Shown here in pieces: positions 62,676 through 64,000 of a stretch of 64,000 nt of DNA; the first letter of the stretch is position 1, and every line of letters begins with the position of its first letter. Below the pieces are notes generated by a model. That model was not told where the DNA came from, did not search any database, and saw only the letters and a program-made list of their open reading frames with translations. The DNA is from Malacoraja senta (taxonomy: Eukaryota). The stretch is from contig CM075979.1 of the NCBI GenBank assembly GCA_038087875.1, positions 85,994,001-86,058,000 on the forward strand, read 5' to 3'. A program made the translations under genes and the position numbers.

Positions 62676-63027
62676 GATGCTGCCTGACCGGCAGAGCTCC
62701 TCCAGTAGTTTGTTTTTCGCTCAGGATTTCAGCATCTGCAATCTATCAATTGTCTCTCTCAATTGCGGTCTCATTGCTAATCTGAATGCTACTTCACTTT
62801 GAGCAGTCATGGACCAGTAATTCTCACAGGCTGCAGGGTATATAACAGTTTTTCAAAGAGACTACGAGAATATCTTTGAATCAATTCCTCTCTACATTGC
62901 CATAAAGGGATTGCCATAAGGGGATGCTCTGTTTTACGAGGATGTTGCCAGGACTAGAGGGTCTGAGCTATCGGGAGAGGTAGAGTAAGCTGGGACTCTA
63001 TTCACTGGAGCGCAGGAAGATGAAGGG

Positions 63028-63514
63028 TAGGGTTGCCAACTGTCCCGTATTAGCCAGGACATCCCCTATATTAGGCTAAATTGGTTTGTCCCATACAGGA
63101 CCGCCCTTGTCCCGTATTTGACTGCTACTACTTGGGTCGAGGAGACTGTCGGGTCGGAGCGCCGCGCCCGGCCCCGCCTCACCCGTCCCGACGTAGTGCA
63201 GCCCATGGAGTGCAGCAGCAGTGCCTCGCCCGTGGTCCTGTCGGTCAACAGCCCGGCCAGCTCTCCGACCTTCGAACCTTCGCTTACCGCCGACACCACC
63301 CCCCGCCTTCTCATGGCCGATCATCGGTTCATGACTTGGACGGGGTGCCGGACTTTGCGCCAAAACTCCTCAGCTGGCCCACCGGCTGGGCTTTGTGTGC
63401 AGTCCAGCACCCTGGCCAACTCATCATTCACCCAGCCACGAATTGCCGTCGGGAATTTGTACCTTATTTTGACCTTTTGTACCTTATTTGGGAGTGAGAA
63501 AGTTGGCAACCCTA
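63028..63514. mobile_element. Non-autonomous hAT (Tip100-like) DNA transposon nested in a CR1 fragment (62935-63875)
   Basis: Perfect 14-bp TIR TAGGGTTGCCAACT; 8-bp TSD ATGAAGGG / ATGGGGGG. Confidence 0.85.
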
Positions 63515-64000
63515 ATGGGGGGGGGATCTTTTAGAGGTGTAAAAAATCATGAGAGGAGTAGATTGGGTAGATGCACAGTCTCTTGCCCAGAGTAGGTGAA
63601 TTGAGGACCAGAGGACATAAGTTTAAGGTGAAGGGGACAAGATTTAATAGGAATCTGAGGGGTAACTTTGTCACACAAAGGGTGGTGGGTGTATGGAACA
63701 AGCTGCCAGTGGAGGTAGTTGAGGCTGGGACTATCCCAGCATTTAAGAAACAGTTAGACAGGTACATGGATTGGAACAAACGCAGGCAGGTGGGACTAGT
63801 GTGGTTGGGATATGTTGACCGGTGTGGTCAAGTTGGGCCGAAGGGCCTGTTTCCGTACTGTATCTATGACTCTATAATAGAGCTGGGAATAGAATTTTTG
63901 TTTCAGGAGTCTGGTGTCAGATGTGAAAATGGAGAGGTAGCCATTGTAGCCAAATGCTTGCAATTAGGGCTTCATATTAGAAAGGTTTACCAAGAAGGGG

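Overview
Intron-rich vertebrate genomic DNA. The repeat landscape (CR1 LINEs, HE1-type V-SINEs, Penelope remnants) suggests a cartilaginous fish, probably a skate or ray; this is inference. Two convergent genes fill the window. (1) The last 11 coding exons of the meiotic cohesin subunit SMC1B (+, 512-22895), all GT-AG and phase-consistent, with the LSGGEK signature and Walker B/D-loop. (2) FAM118A (-, stop at 30666, CpG-island first exon near 60.0-60.5 kb), a SIR2-fold protein with intact GTGVS/TTNYD/LHIHG motifs. The tail-to-tail order matches human 22q13. Introns hold CR1 fragments (one nearly intact, with esterase ORF1), Rex1-like and Penelope remnants, V-SINEs, TIR DNA transposons and non-autonomous Helitrons. 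Most notable observations: a Penelope-linked palindromic element family carrying degenerate minimal hammerhead-ribozyme cores, one copy forming a perfect 82-bp hairpin in the probable FAM118A 3' UTR; a concatemer of Helitrons with internal minisatellites; and candidate extra FAM118A micro-exons. I found no prokaryote-type system and no wholly new gene. Repeat boundaries were read by eye and are approximate unless stated.
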